Assembly: GCF_000281045.1 (NCBI RefSeq)
Contig: NW_008246130.1
Location: 174,035-238,034 of the forward strand
Direction of reading: 5' to 3'
Source: Saprolegnia diclina VS20
Taxonomy: Eukaryota
Length of the DNA: 64,000 nt
Made by a program: the position numbers and the translations under genes. Positions 46,901 to 58,623 of the stretch are shown here, piece after piece. The notes below the pieces were generated by a model. The model worked only from the letters and a program-made list of their open reading frames with translations. It ran no database searches and was not told the DNA's origin. The first letter of the stretch is position 1, and every line of letters begins with the position of its first letter.

Positions 46901-47322
46901 AACATGGCCGCGGGCACGGCTGTCGGGTGCTCCAACTTTGGCCGGTACCCCTTGAACCCGCAGTACTTCGTCCAGCTCTCGTACGTTGCATTTGCATTTT
47001 CGTTGCTCCACTGCCATGTAGGGCAACGACGCGGCTCTTTCTTCGGCTGCGGCCGACGCGATCCCCCGTACCGTCGATCAACTTGGCACTGTACATGTGC
47101 GGTCCCAACGGCCAGCTGGACCCCAGTGCCAACCCAACGACGGCAATCGGAACATCTGGCAATGGCTGCTACACCAACAGTGCATCGGGCGCACGGACGC
47201 CGCTGCTCACACTGGCGCCGGGCACGTACGTGGCCATCCCGTCGACTTTTGAGCCTATCCAGGCTGACTTTGACCTTGTCATTTACTCGGACAGCCCCGT
47301 CACCATCTCTCGCGTCCGGTAA
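43960..47322 (+). CDS. CAPN7: Calpain-7/PalB-like cysteine protease (MIT domains, CysPc, two domain-III repeats), multi-exon
   Basis: N-terminal MIT domain. Catalytic QDVVTDCSFVASL, HAYAV and KNPW; IEKAYLKVNGGYDFPGSNS; TAGGC...NPQY repeated twice. Confidence 0.92.
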
Positions 47323-47404
47323 GTAGGATGCGCACGCAAACCGTCGTCTTCATCCGTGCGCTCTGTTGTTAACTCTGCAAACATGACGCCTCATTGTTAA
47401 GCGG

Positions 47405-49081
47405 TTAAGTTGAGGGAAGGCGCTGATGCGGACGCAGCGCTTCGTTCAAAATGGCCGTGATACGTCGACGGTTGTGTCGCCGCCGCAGCCAGCGACGACA
47501 GCAAGTGACCAGGACGCACAGAAGCACGAGAGTTGCCACAAGCATTCCGCCCAAGACAGTGATGGCAGTGTGAAGCTGCGCAGCATCCATTTGCGCTTCG
47601 ACCAATGCACCGGGGCCGTCTGCGTACGCGAGGAGTTCGGGACAGCGGTCCAGGGCGACACCGCGGCACACGCACGCAATCGACACGAGCGCGTCATCGC
47701 TACGTTGGCACGGTGCGTGGCCTTCAAACGCGGCTTGTGTCGCGTCGTTATAGCGCGCAAAGTAGTACTTGTACACAGGAGGCGCCGGCACAATCACACC
47801 AAAGATGTGCGTTGCGGCGTATGTCTGCAGCGCATCGGCGGCGTCCAGGAACGACATGTTGAACGACATCACGCCGCCCGTGAGTGCCGCAAAGCGCGCG
47901 AGACGAAACATGCGCGCAAAGTGAGTGACACGTACGCCATCGTCAGCGATGGTCGTCGCGGCGTCGACAAGGTGCACGTTGAGCGGGGAGCGTGTCGGGC
48001 GACGGAATGTCCAGTCAGTGGCCCCGATGGCGACGAAGACGTCATCGATGAGCAGAACATTTGAGTGCAATGGTGTCGCACGAAGGGTGTAGACGCTCAT
48101 TTTGCTCGGAAATGCTGCGTAGAGAGGCGCGAGGAGGTCGTAGCGGTACTTTTCAAAACCGGCCGCGACCGCCCATGGCGCCAGCGTTGGAGTCACGATG
48201 ATTAGGCGCTGTATCGTTGGAAGAGTGTCTTGAAGCGCCCGGAACACAGCGGGCACGAGGCTCATGAGCGATGCTTCAATGTAAATGTAGTTGGTCGCGC
48301 GACGAATTGCCGTGACGCGAGCGTCGAGAGCCAAGTCCGTGACGAGTTGCACCGCGACGGAGCCCTTCTTCTCGCTTTTGCAAACGCTGATTGGGGGTTC
48401 TGGTAGACGCATGGCTGGCCATTGCACCCGCAGAATGGTCAGCACGTCGCACACCACCCTGTCGCCAGAAAGCTCAACGCCCACGTCCAATGCAGCTCTG
48501 CTCGAGTTGCTTATACCGCCGAGGTAGGCGATGCCATGGGAGCCGTCAACGCTGTATACGACTGCGACGTCCTGCAACGCTTCGTCGCAACTGGAGTTGA
48601 CTGTGAGGGCGACGGTTGTGTTTTGAGCTGCCAGCTCGGCCAGGCGCGCGCGGTTAGTTGCCGAGTCGTTGTAGATGAGTCCGTAGACGCTCCGATTCGT
48701 GAACGGTTCGTGCTGCCGTGGCATCGGTAGCGTCGCACCGACAACGATCCAGGTATCCGAGTCCTTCCGCCAATCAAACTGACGGGTTGCGACGTGATTG
48801 CCGAGCGAGAATGACGTGCTTTGTGTCGGTAGAAACCAGTCGATGGCAGCTAACATGGGTCGACGCGTCGGCAGCTCCCAGCCCGTCGCCGTCGAGACGG
48901 CAGCAGCGATGTCGCAGCCGTGAGAGAAGCGAAAGACACAAATGCTGCACGGGTAGCAGATGCACCCGTCGCGAAGCGAGTTGGCGAGCGAGTTGGAGAG
49001 AACGCAGCGTAAGTTAGTTGCGTTGGCGCAGACATGGCGTATTCCGAGCGCTAGCAACGTCAGCAGCAAGGGCAAACCCAT
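47405..49081 (-). CDS. Secreted, membrane-anchored phospholipase D-like protein with degenerate HKD motifs
   Basis: Signal peptide, Cys-rich N-terminus, DWFL, AIRRATNYIYIE, GFEKYRYDLLAPL and HSNVLLIDD (HxK changed to HxN), then a C-terminal TM helix. Resembles oomycete sPLD-like proteins. Confidence 0.75.
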   Translation of the reverse strand: MGLPLLLTLLALGIRHVCANATNLRCVLSNSLANSLRDGCICYPCSICVFRFSHGCDIAAAVSTATGWELPTRRPMLAAIDWFLPTQSTSFSLGNHVATRQFDWRKDSDTWIVVGATLPMPRQHEPFTNRSVYGLIYNDSATNRARLAELAAQNTTVALTVNSSCDEALQDVAVVYSVDGSHGIAYLGGISNSSRAALDVGVELSGDRVVCDVLTILRVQWPAMRLPEPPISVCKSEKKGSVAVQLVTDLALDARVTAIRRATNYIYIEASLMSLVPAVFRALQDTLPTIQRLIIVTPTLAPWAVAAGFEKYRYDLLAPLYAAFPSKMSVYTLRATPLHSNVLLIDDVFVAIGATDWTFRRPTRSPLNVHLVDAATTIADDGVRVTHFARMFRLARFAALTGGVMSFNMSFLDAADALQTYAATHIFGVIVPAPPVYKYYFARYNDATQAAFEGHAPCQRSDDALVSIACVCRGVALDRCPELLAYADGPGALVEAQMDAAQLHTAITVLGGMLVATLVLLCVLVTCCRRWLRRRHNRRRITAILNEALRPHQRLPST

Positions 49082-49144
49082 GAGCACTGCGCGACGAGCG
49101 TCACCGCCCAACAGATAACGTCAATGAGAATCGTTTCAACGCTT

Positions 49145-50302
49145 TCATTTTTGGGCATTTTTTCGCAGCTCAAAGTAGGCGTCTACGAGGTGCATGTCGT
49201 GGACGTAGTGGAAAGAAACGGAATCGGGTGCGCAGCAGTCGGACCCATTTCTCCAGCCAATGCCGATGTGGTCCGAGAACCAGTTCTGCGCCTCGTAGAT
49301 CGACGCGTAGTTCCAGTGGTCAAAGTCATTGACGTCGTCGGGCCAATAGTAGACCTGCTCGGGCGAGTACTGGTGGAAGCGTTCGCGGTGCAAACTGTCG
49401 CGGGTGTCCACGGGCACAACACCGCGGTGATACATGCAAAACGAGATTGCCCAGTCGTCCGGGACAACTTCGTCCGGGAGGCACGATGGCTCGTCCAGCG
49501 CTGCCACGAGTTGTGTCAAGTACGCCGAATTGAATGCGTAGCCAGCACCGCCAGGAGTATAGTACAAGCCGCCTAGAAACGAAAAGCACCGTCCATCTAT
49601 CGTATGCGGAGGTCGTAGTACCTTGATGGCGCGTTTCACGGAGCACCGTCTCCAATGCTTGCCTACATCGCTCGTATGTTATGGCGCTAGCCCCGTCTAC
49701 GAGCGATCATACCGTCGGTCTCGTTGCATGTAGGAGAGGTCGCGGAAAGGTTTTTGCATCTCGAACCACTGCAACGTCATGCGGTGGCCAAGCAACCTAG
49801 GCTCGTCCGGCGAGGTCATTGACGTGGCCACCGAGTGCAAGTACGAGAGTAGGTTATCCATGATAACATACGTATCGTCGTCGCACTTGAAAATCCAATC
49901 GTACTCGGACGCGTCGTACTCGCGGGCGAGGAGCCGCACGACGAACCGGTGCTTCTGCCACAGGTGGTCGTGTGTCGCCGGCGCAACGACGCGGACCGTC
50001 GGGATCGCGTCGTCCTCAACGTTGCTCATGAAGAGCAACTTGGTGCAGCGCTGTCCCCATGTTTTCTTGATCGCGCGCGCTCGAGCATGCGTCTTTTCGT
50101 ACGTGTTGACCCAGCAAAGAATGCGAAGCGGCGCGGTTGTGTTGCTGACGGTGATGAGCTCGAGCGCCGGAAGGTTGGCCCCAAGCGCTGCTTCAATGGC
50201 ATTTAGGCCTGGCCGCGGAGCATAGGCGAGGGCGTTTGTCTGGTAGCGAAGGTCTTCGCCCACGACGAGGCTCGCGATCGAGGCGGCAAAGGCCAAGCGC
50301 AT
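49145..50302 (-). CDS. GT31 core-1 beta-1,3-galactosyltransferase-like protein (spliced)
   Basis: RILCWVNT; AIKKTWGQRC; LWQK; YDWIFKCDDDTYVIMDNL (DxD motif); GGAGYAF; D..ISFC; RFH; CC.PDSVSFHY. Confidence 0.88.
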
Positions 50303-50904
50303 CCCTGTCGCGATCTTTTAGCGTCTTTCCGCAAGTCTAGGACATCCGGATAAATCCGGATATTGCGGTGGGGCGCGTCATGTGGATGAAGTGAAATAGT
50401 GTCAAAGGTTTAAAAAGCAGAATAGTTTAACCTGCCTCGAAGAATAGGCGCAATAGTGGCCAGCATGTGCAGCTAGTGGCTGTCGCAAGCAGGCTACCTC
50501 ATTGTCGATAAGGCACAAATGACGCGTCAGAAAAGACTCCAATGTTTCTTCTTTCAACACCGACCGGCCTTCCTCTCGATGAGTGGAAGGCAGGCAATTG
50601 CTTCACGAGAATAGGTTAAAGTTTAACGCAACGTTATTCCGCCTCAAGGACATGAAACGTGTTTACTCGTTGATTTTGCGCGCCATAGTTACCTACAGGC
50701 TCTGCAAACTTTGCTACTCATTGCGCGCGATTTGTGCGCGCAGGAAGCCCAAGGATAAAGCCTTCCTTTCCCTTGGCAAAGGCTTGAGGGATGGCACCGT
50801 CACCAATTTAGGAGTCACACTATTCTGGTATTCCTTTCCTAAATATCCGGATGGCCTCTGGTAGAGCCAGGGCAGCTTATTCTTTACTTTTGAAGCGAGA
50901 CAGC

Positions 50905-51492
50905 ATGAAGACCAACATCGGCGCCAGCAGCATTGAGGGCAAGATGGCCAAGCCCAGCCTCGCGTCGCGCATCAAGAACGTCGATAAGATGGAGCTTCCG
51001 AAGCTCCTGCGCTACATGCGCGTCGGCAACATCCTGTGCTCGGCGCTGCAGATCTTCGCTGGTGTCACCGGCTTCTTCAGCTTCCTCACGCTCAACATCA
51101 CGGGCTCGCTTGTCTCGCTCTACGTGGTCATGTTCGGCCTCCTCTTCCTTCTGTATGAGTGCCGACTCAACTCGATGGAGTCGCGCATCCGCAACAACTT
51201 CGGCTTCCTCTACACGTACAAGGGCCGTGCCGGCTTTATCTTCTTCATTGGTTTCCTCGACTTTGGTATGAGCACAGCCTTGGGCACGCTCGCGGGTATC
51301 GTCATGAGCCTGGCTGCAATCACGAACCTCTACGTCATGTACAAGCACCCGGACTTCAAGAACGTGGGGGTCAACGCGGACCCGACGGCGTCGTACGCGA
51401 CCGGCAACCAGGCCGCGCAGGACTACCTCCGATCGAACCCGCAGGTTGCGATGCAAGCCGGCTCTTTCGCCCTCTCGGCCCAGCGGGTGTGA
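50905..51492 (+). CDS. COPI-associated/Golgi TVP15-like membrane protein, paralogue A
   Basis: YVVMFGLLFLLYE...NFGFLYTYKGRAGFIFFIG motif; 3-4 TM segments. Confidence 0.8.
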   Translation: MKTNIGASSIEGKMAKPSLASRIKNVDKMELPKLLRYMRVGNILCSALQIFAGVTGFFSFLTLNITGSLVSLYVVMFGLLFLLYECRLNSMESRIRNNFGFLYTYKGRAGFIFFIGFLDFGMSTALGTLAGIVMSLAAITNLYVMYKHPDFKNVGVNADPTASYATGNQAAQDYLRSNPQVAMQAGSFALSAQRV

Positions 51493-51614
51493 GGATCACT
51501 ACCGCGTGTCAAAGCTAATGGCTTCTTCGCACGGCAAGTGCGGGTACATGGCGATTTGCATAAAGCAGGAATAAAACTATTGATTTTATGCGAGGTGTCC
51601 GCGTGTGCACGTCC

Positions 51615-52211
51615 TCACACCACCGGCTTGGGCTGCGCAGCGGCCGAGAGCGCAAATGTGCTCGCTTGCATCGCAACGTTGGGGTTGGCGCTCAGGTAGG
51701 CCGCCGCTTCCTGCTGGCCAGACGAGTAGCCAAGCGTCGGGTCGGCGTCGCGGCTCACGTGGCCCGACTTGAATTCCGGGTGCTTGCACATTACGAGAAG
51801 GTTCAAGAGCGCGTTGATGCACATGAAGACGCCGGCAATCGTGCCGAGCGTCGTGCTCATGCCAAAGTCGAGGAACCCAATGAAGAAGATGAAGCACGCG
51901 CGGCCCTTGTATGAGTAGAGGAAGCCAAAGTTGCTGCGGATGCGTCCTTCCATGCTGCTGAGGCGACACTCAAAGAGGAGGAAGAGAAGGCCAAACATGA
52001 TCACGTAGATCGAGACCAGAGTGCCCGTGATGTTGAGCGTAATGAAGCTTGTGAGGCCTGTGAGACCCGCGAGCACCTGGAAGATAGAGCAGCCGACGTT
52101 GCCGAGGCGCATGAGGCGCAGCACCTTGGGCAGCTCCATCTTGTTGATGTTGGAAATGCGCGTGACCATGCCTGTCTTGGCCGACGGCGACGACGACTCG
52201 AGCGAGCTCAT
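51615..52211 (-). CDS. COPI-associated/Golgi TVP15-like membrane protein, paralogue B
   Basis: Near-collinear paralogue of 50905-51492 (MELPK.LR.MR.GN, NFGFLYSYKGRA, HP.FK, ADPT, NP.VAMQA). Probable ATG at 52211. Confidence 0.8.
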   Translation of the reverse strand: MSSLESSSPSAKTGMVTRISNINKMELPKVLRLMRLGNVGCSIFQVLAGLTGLTSFITLNITGTLVSIYVIMFGLLFLLFECRLSSMEGRIRSNFGFLYSYKGRACFIFFIGFLDFGMSTTLGTIAGVFMCINALLNLLVMCKHPEFKSGHVSRDADPTLGYSSGQQEAAAYLSANPNVAMQASTFALSAAAQPKPVV

Positions 52212-52280
52212 GCTGTTGGGGTCACGATCGGAAATGACCTGCTGCAACGGCTCGCGATAGCTCGGGCGGTTGCCGCGCGT

Positions 52281-52444
52281 GATTGGGCGCCGTTGGGATT
52301 TGAAACGAGCGCTGATTGGGTACTCCTTAGGCCAACAACGTGATTGGCCAGAATCCCAAAATAGCGCGATGGCGATCCAAACCAAGATGGCGAGCTCGAA
52401 GCTGACTGCGCATGAGGCGACAGAATCTTCTCACGACGGATTGG
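52281..52444 (-). promoter_or_regulatory. Array of CCAAT boxes upstream of COPI-associated paralogue B
   Basis: GATTGG at 52281, 52314, 52342 and 52439, all in the same orientation (CCAATC on the minus strand). Confidence 0.55.
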
Positions 52445-52796
52445 GCTCTTCGCCTCTCGACTTCCAGCGATGCACTGCGCCTCTTCACATGCGATGGGTC
52501 GACAGACGTCCACTCAATGACGTGCACGATGCTGCCGCTTTCACCTCGTAAAGATGAATCCAGTACATCGCCGACCGAGCAATCAAAGTCGGATGCATGT
52601 TCAAGCACCTTGAAGCTCATGGAAGTTTAGTCGAGGCGGCCGGCCCTGACAAGTGGAGACTAGTGTCGCCGGTCGCCGAATCTCGAAGTTCGAAGATCCG
52701 CACCTGGTCAGCGGCTTTCCACCAACCCTTTTATCCGGACGATGAAAACAGTGGCGGGGACGTCATTTCGCAAAATCGAATTCGACGCAAAAAACC

Positions 52797-53339
52797 ATGT
52801 TGGTCTGGCAAGATATTTTCACGGAAGACGAAGTCGTCTCGGACTCGCACAAGGTCGTTGACGCCAAGGATGCTGAGGGCAACATCGTCCCCGGCATGCT
52901 CATGGTCACCTCCAAGACGGTCTCCAAGGGCGGCCTCAACATCGATGTCGGCTGCGGCGACGCCTTCGGCGGCGGCGACCAGGACGTCGACGACTCGGTC
53001 GAAACGGTCAACAACATCATCGACGAGTCGGTCGGCTTCGGCTACACGGAGACGGGTTTCGACTCGAAGGCCGACATGAAGGCGTACCTGAAGGGCTACT
53101 TCCGCAAGATCATGAAGCACCTCAAGTCGACGGGCGCCAGCGACGAGAAGCTCGATGAGTTCAAGTCGGACGCGCAGGAGATCGTCAAGTACCTCACGTC
53201 GCAGTTCAGCGAGCTCCAGTTCTACATGTTCCGCGCCATGGACACTGAGGCCGGCATGGCCTACTCGTACTACCCCGAGGGCGCCCTCGCCCCGGTCTTC
53301 CTCTACATCAAGTGGGGCCTCAAGGAAGTCAAGTTCTAA
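52797..53339 (+). CDS. TCTP: Translationally controlled tumour protein
   Basis: MLVWQDIFTEDEVVSDS; ETVNNII; YLKGYFRKI; LQFY; F.Y.KWGLKEVKF. Confidence 0.92.
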   Translation: MLVWQDIFTEDEVVSDSHKVVDAKDAEGNIVPGMLMVTSKTVSKGGLNIDVGCGDAFGGGDQDVDDSVETVNNIIDESVGFGYTETGFDSKADMKAYLKGYFRKIMKHLKSTGASDEKLDEFKSDAQEIVKYLTSQFSELQFYMFRAMDTEAGMAYSYYPEGALAPVFLYIKWGLKEVKF

Positions 53340-53414
53340 GTGCGACCGCTTGTCCATAGTGCTATAATACACACTCGATAACAGTCGCTCGTAGAGCGCT
53401 TTTTTATACTGCTA

Positions 53415-56400
53415 TTATGGCGTGACTTGAAGCAATGTGTCGCGAGCCGCCTCCAGCTGCACCTCGGTCAGTCCCTTGGTCGTCGCAACGGTGCTCGACT
53501 CGACGGCGTCGTGACGACGCTGGCCTGCGGCGTGGTCGCAGAGGAAGCAGCCGGGTTCGGAAAGTTGACCTCGCATTGGATCGTCGTGTGCCTTCCACAA
53601 CATGGTCTTCTCCTCGAGACACGCCATGTGATAGGCATGACCACACTCAAAGATGCACACATGCTTGGCGGTGCTCTAGCATGCACCATGAAGAGATGCC
53701 ACCAATGGGTCCCTACCATGGGTAGCGACTGCTTGAGGAGGAGGGAGCAGACACCGCAGGACGTCTGAAGCGTCACGCGCCGGGGCTTCTTGCGCGCGAC
53801 GACGAGCCGACGAAGGTGTTCGATGCGGTCCGTCTCGAAGACCTTGGTGCAGCCGCGGTACAAGCTCATCTACGGCTGTGCTGTTGCCTTTCGTCGACGC
53901 AGCCGCCTTACCTGGATGCGGTAGTTGGTGATGATCTGCAGGACCTTGTCCTTCAAGCCCGCGATCTCCATGTCTTGGGGGATCTACGGCTGTGGTTCAC
54001 GAACGAATCACAGCGATATTTTTCAACCTTTTGCATGACCTTGGTCGGGTCAATCTTGTGGTCGCACGCGTACTCGAGCAGCTCCTCCATGCACTCGGTG
54101 TGCGTGAGCGAGATCTCAATCAGGTAGTCCCACAGCGCGCTGTCGTGGTCCTGCGCATCCATCGCATCGAGTGCAATCGGGCGACGCGCACCTCGACAAA
54201 CTGGATCGCTTGCTTGACGTTCTTGAGCTGCGTCATGATAAAGTCGAGCGCCTTCTTGTGCTGGCCCATGCGGCCGAGGATAAACACCATCGCGTCCCAG
54301 AGCGGCGGCGACCGCTCCGAGCAAAACTTGTACGCCTAGTAGCCGCACTTGAGAGTCGGCGGTTGGCGGCTCGCGCACCTTTTCGAGGGGCACAAACGAA
54401 CTCGTTTGCAGAAAGCGCAGGAGCACGTGCGGCGCAAACTCGGCGTAGAGCGCCACCTACGTCCGCGAGTCGCAAGCAACAACGTGCGGGCATCGTACGA
54501 CTACCTGCATCTCGTGCAACGACGAGTACTTGTCCGTGTTGTAGTCGACGAGGCGGTGCACAAAGAGGTTGTGGAGATACCTACGAAATGTGCTGAGCAC
54601 ACGCGCCGCGGGCTTCGGACGCACTCGTGGAGGAGCTCGCGCTTGTGCTCCAACTGCTTGACGATCGCGTGGACCTTGAGCTCGTCCGACTTGATCTGGT
54701 GGACGAGCATGCGCAGCGCCGCGTCGCGATCGATGAGCATGAGGTTGACGACCTAATGTTACTGCAGGGTCGCAACCCTTACAAAGACGCTACCTTGTTT
54801 TGCACCGAGTCCCACAAGTTGTGCTCGACGATGAGCTTGAACGCGTGGTCCTTGTTGAAGCACATGGAGCCCTGTACCAGCAATGGTGAAGTGCTGCGGA
54901 CGACTGCACATCACGTGTTACCTGGCTAAGGTAGATGCGGAGCGCGTGGTCATACTGCTCAGTTGCCGTGTAGAGCTCCGCAAGCGCTTCCATGAGGAAA
55001 GCTGTCTCCATGCTCATGTGGTCGGCTTCCGCAAGCCGGCGCCGGCGCACCGTCGTCTAGTACACGCCATGTGAATTCTTTGCCTCCAATTGTACGAGCA
55101 CCTCAAGCTGGTTGATCCACGCGTCGGCGTCATAGAGCGGTTCGAAGGGCGACGCGCTCTCAATGTACTCGCGACTCGACTGCACGGGCAGCTTGTCGTG
55201 GAGGCGCGGCTTGGGCCACTTGCGGATGATCTCGAGGAGTGACGCCGGGTCCGTCTCGAGAAAGTGCGTGAGCACCATCTCGTACTGGCTCGACGGCAAG
55301 CGTGGGTTGGCCGTCGGCATGTACTTGGCAATCGCGCCCAGCGCGCCTTTCTGCGCAAAGACGTATACGTACTTTTCCCAGAGGTGGCCCGCGAGCAGCT
55401 GGTGGCACACGTCCGCCGCTTTCGCAAACGCCTTGGAGAGAATGAGTTCGCCGAGGTAGTACTCGACCAGCTCGTCCAGCGCGTGCTTTTGGAGACTCGC
55501 CACGTCCGTGAGCGCAATGTTCAGCGCCGCCTCATACAAGCGCGACGCCAAAGCGTACGCGACACGGTCGTCGACGTCACGGCGCCGACAGAGCACCACA
55601 TCTCTCGGCGCGCAGAGGTACAAGACGCGCTGGTTGCTCCCAAACGCCAGCGACGCTAGCCGGTAGTCGGACGCCCGCAACTTGTCGTAACCCTTGATCT
55701 GGAGCACGTCCGCCGCGAGAGGCTGGCCGTCAAAGCGCACGAGATGCACTTCGGGGCATGGAAGCGTCTCGGCCGCACCTTCGCCGCGCTCCTTCCCGAC
55801 GGTCGTTGGCGGCGCCGATCCCGGCGGGCGGTACGCGAGGAGCGCCGCGGACGCCTCACTCCACGGCGCCAGGCCCGCGACGAAAAAGTCAAAGGTCAGG
55901 AACGCAACAACTTCGGCCGAAATCGTACCAAACGCGGCTTTTTCCGGGGCGTCGGGCGCGCCGTGGCCAGAAAACGAGAATTTGACGACGCGCAGTGTGG
56001 GACCCCACCCAATGAGAAGACAGAGGCCGTGGGTCGTCGTCGTGTGCCACTCGAGGTGCGCCTTGCAGAGCTCAAAAGGCGGGCAGTTCTGCGGACGTTC
56101 AATGTACGTGACGCGCGACTCGGTCGACGTGTCGTAGACCTTGACGCCCCAGTCGTTGGCCCACGCGAGGAGATTATCATGGTACCGAATCGAGTGCACG
56201 GGGCCTTCGCCCTCGTGGACCGTCGTCTCCTTGTCGATGATCCAGCCCTTCTTGTTGAGGATAAGCTGGCCGCTAATGCCGCCACAAGCAAACGTGCGCT
56301 CGCGCTTCGATGCGTACATGGTTTCGAGCTGCGCAGAGTAGACAGCCGAGTAAAAGTTGTAAATGTTGACCTCGCCGCCCGCGTTGGGGATTGCGACGCG

Positions 56401-56706
56401 GACGCCGTCGTCGCTCGAGATCGGGAGCAGTGAGTAGACGGCAACGGTCCCGTCGTCCGAGCTCGATACGATGTGTTGGCCCGTTTCGTCGATCGAGATC
56501 TCCTGGACCTTCTTGTGGTGCTTGTGGAGCCGACGCACGTAGCGCCCGTTGAGCTCGAGGAGGAGCACATGGCCTTCGTATGTCCCGACGCAGACAAAGT
56601 TGAGGTGCACCGCGATGCAGCTCAGCGCATCATCTCGAAAGAGCGTCTGGAAGTGGCCGCCAATGCGCTCGTACTTGAGGACCGGCTCGCTCTCGGGATC
56701 CAGCAT
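53415..56706 (-). CDS. VPS41: Vacuolar protein sorting 41 (HOPS subunit), multi-exon
   Basis: EPVLKYERI; WD40 propeller; LHEGEGP-like segment and LAWANDWGVKVYD; RDVDDRV; clathrin-repeat region (LYAEF, MVFILGRMG, LWDYLI); C-terminal RING (CGVC...FECGHAYH..C...CFLC). Start codon uncertain. Confidence 0.92.
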
Positions 56707-57101
56707 CTTCGATCGCTCGTCGTCACTGGCCAAACCCGCTTGTTTGATTGGGTCGGCATCCTGCCCTCACATGATTTCCCACTATGTGAAAAACGTGAAA
56801 ATCACTGCCAGGGCTTGCCAAGGTCGCGAAGCGCATTGTTCGCGTGGTGGAGAAGCCATCCATTCGTGTCGTAGATAGCTTTAACTGCTTGGGAGCAGCG
56901 CCATCAAACGATGCGACTCAGGCGTCCCGGCGCGTTTCTCCCATTTTGCACACTGGCTTGTCGCACCCGTGTGAAGATCATGTGTGAATTGATTTTTCAC
57001 GTTGAAGCACTGCCAGCGCCAAAGGTAGGCGTCCAAATTCACATGCATTGAATTACAGCTATTCAACTAGGGTCCTAAACTATTCTCGACTCGTTGCGTC
57101 G

Positions 57102-58400
57102 TCATCGCACCATGGTCTGGTTGTCCACGCCAGGCGCGTGCTCGTCGTGGTTGGGCTCCGAGTCGCCTTCCGCAACAGGCCCGGCCGCGTCGCCCACGAT
57201 CCCCACGGGATACGCAGGCAAGATTTCAGCCGACCCGCAGCAACACGCGTCACCCTCGCAGGCCATGAAGGCGAACGTGATCATGCTGAGGAAGATGAGA
57301 AAGAGGATCATGTCGGTGTAGAAGAAGATCATGCCTTGCATGTACTCGTCCGGGCTCAGCTTCTGGTTCATACAAGACGCGTCGTAGGCAAACCAGAGGC
57401 AAAGAATCAAAATGAACGCGCTCGCTAGCAAGTACTCGGTGACGCTCATGGGTGGCGAGAGAGACTCGCGGAGCGCCGTGAAGAACACGACGAGCGAGAG
57501 CACAAAGACGATGCCAAAGGCGATCGCGACCGACACCATGTAGCTCAGGAGCCGTCCGGGGCTATCGGACGACCCCCGCAGCGGCGTTGTGCACAGAACG
57601 CTGTGGAGCGTGATGACGACAAAGGTGAAGATGAAGACGAAGAGGCTAACGTGCTGCACGAGGTACGCGTCGACGCCGGCGAGGAAGATGGCTTGGAACA
57701 CCGTGTAGACGGCGAGGATGCCAAAGTTAAGCGGGAAAATGTACTTTTTGAGGTACAGAGCAAAGAGCGAGAGGATCATGAGACAGAAGACGCCGAAGAG
57801 GTTCCAGGGGCTCATGAACCACGACCCGAAGCCCGGCGCAGACGTGAACACGAAGTCGAGGCCAATGACGACAAGCAGCTGCAGCGAGAAGAGCCGAAAG
57901 AGCTTTTTCCGGAACCCAATTTGAATTTCGAGCGGCATGTTGTCGACTGCGAACGGGTCGTTCACGGGGTTGTTGCCGTTCTGGAAGATCGAGAGCCCAA
58001 TCATCGTGCTCGTGCTCATGTGGCTCTTCTCGTAGTGCGCTTTCATGGTGTCAACAAACTTGGAGTCGACGCCCTTCGCGACCTTTTGCGCCTCGAGGTG
58101 CTCGAGGAAGATGGTGCCCCGGCGGTAGTACTTCCGTGGCTTCAACTCCGACTTGCGCGTCTTGCGCAGATGGGCGAGTAGCGTTGTGATGGTGCCTCGG
58201 CGCGTGCCCTTTGCCAGCTCCTCGAGCTCGGCCTTCGCCTCGGACGTCACGGGTTTCATTCCGCGCGTCGATGTGTCGGCAGCGGGTGCAACGAGCGAGT
58301 TGATCGACGGAAGGCGCGTCACCGTGGCCGGCACATTCGTTTCGTGGGAGCTCGGCACCGCGTTGGGCGCGATCTCTTCGAGCACCTCCTCGGCCATCAT
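57102..58400 (-). CDS. Bax inhibitor-1/TMBIM (Lifeguard-like) protein with long N-terminal extension
   Basis: IQIGFRKKLFRLFSLQLL; FPLNFGILAVYT; AYDAS; LSPDEY....FFYTD (Lifeguard SPEEY...LYxD motif). Start is at 58400 or 58484. Confidence 0.8.
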   Translation of the reverse strand: MMAEEVLEEIAPNAVPSSHETNVPATVTRLPSINSLVAPAADTSTRGMKPVTSEAKAELEELAKGTRRGTITTLLAHLRKTRKSELKPRKYYRRGTIFLEHLEAQKVAKGVDSKFVDTMKAHYEKSHMSTSTMIGLSIFQNGNNPVNDPFAVDNMPLEIQIGFRKKLFRLFSLQLLVVIGLDFVFTSAPGFGSWFMSPWNLFGVFCLMILSLFALYLKKYIFPLNFGILAVYTVFQAIFLAGVDAYLVQHVSLFVFIFTFVVITLHSVLCTTPLRGSSDSPGRLLSYMVSVAIAFGIVFVLSLVVFFTALRESLSPPMSVTEYLLASAFILILCLWFAYDASCMNQKLSPDEYMQGMIFFYTDMILFLIFLSMITFAFMACEGDACCCGSAEILPAYPVGIVGDAAGPVAEGDSEPNHDEHAPGVDNQTMVR

Positions 58401-58623
58401 CGCGCCAGTGAGTAGTGGCGCAACAACGTTTTGGCGTTGGCTAATTTTACGCTGCAAAGCTGCAAGATGGCGCCACGCCGCCATTATGGCTGTTGAAACG
58501 CATCCATCCAGTGGCTCGTCTAAAACAGTGGACGAGACAGTGGATATTCCGGATTGGATCCGGAGCGGACGTTGTTCCAAAAGAATCTTGCGAGGGCCGT
58601 TCCCTCGCCGCGACCTCGACGCC

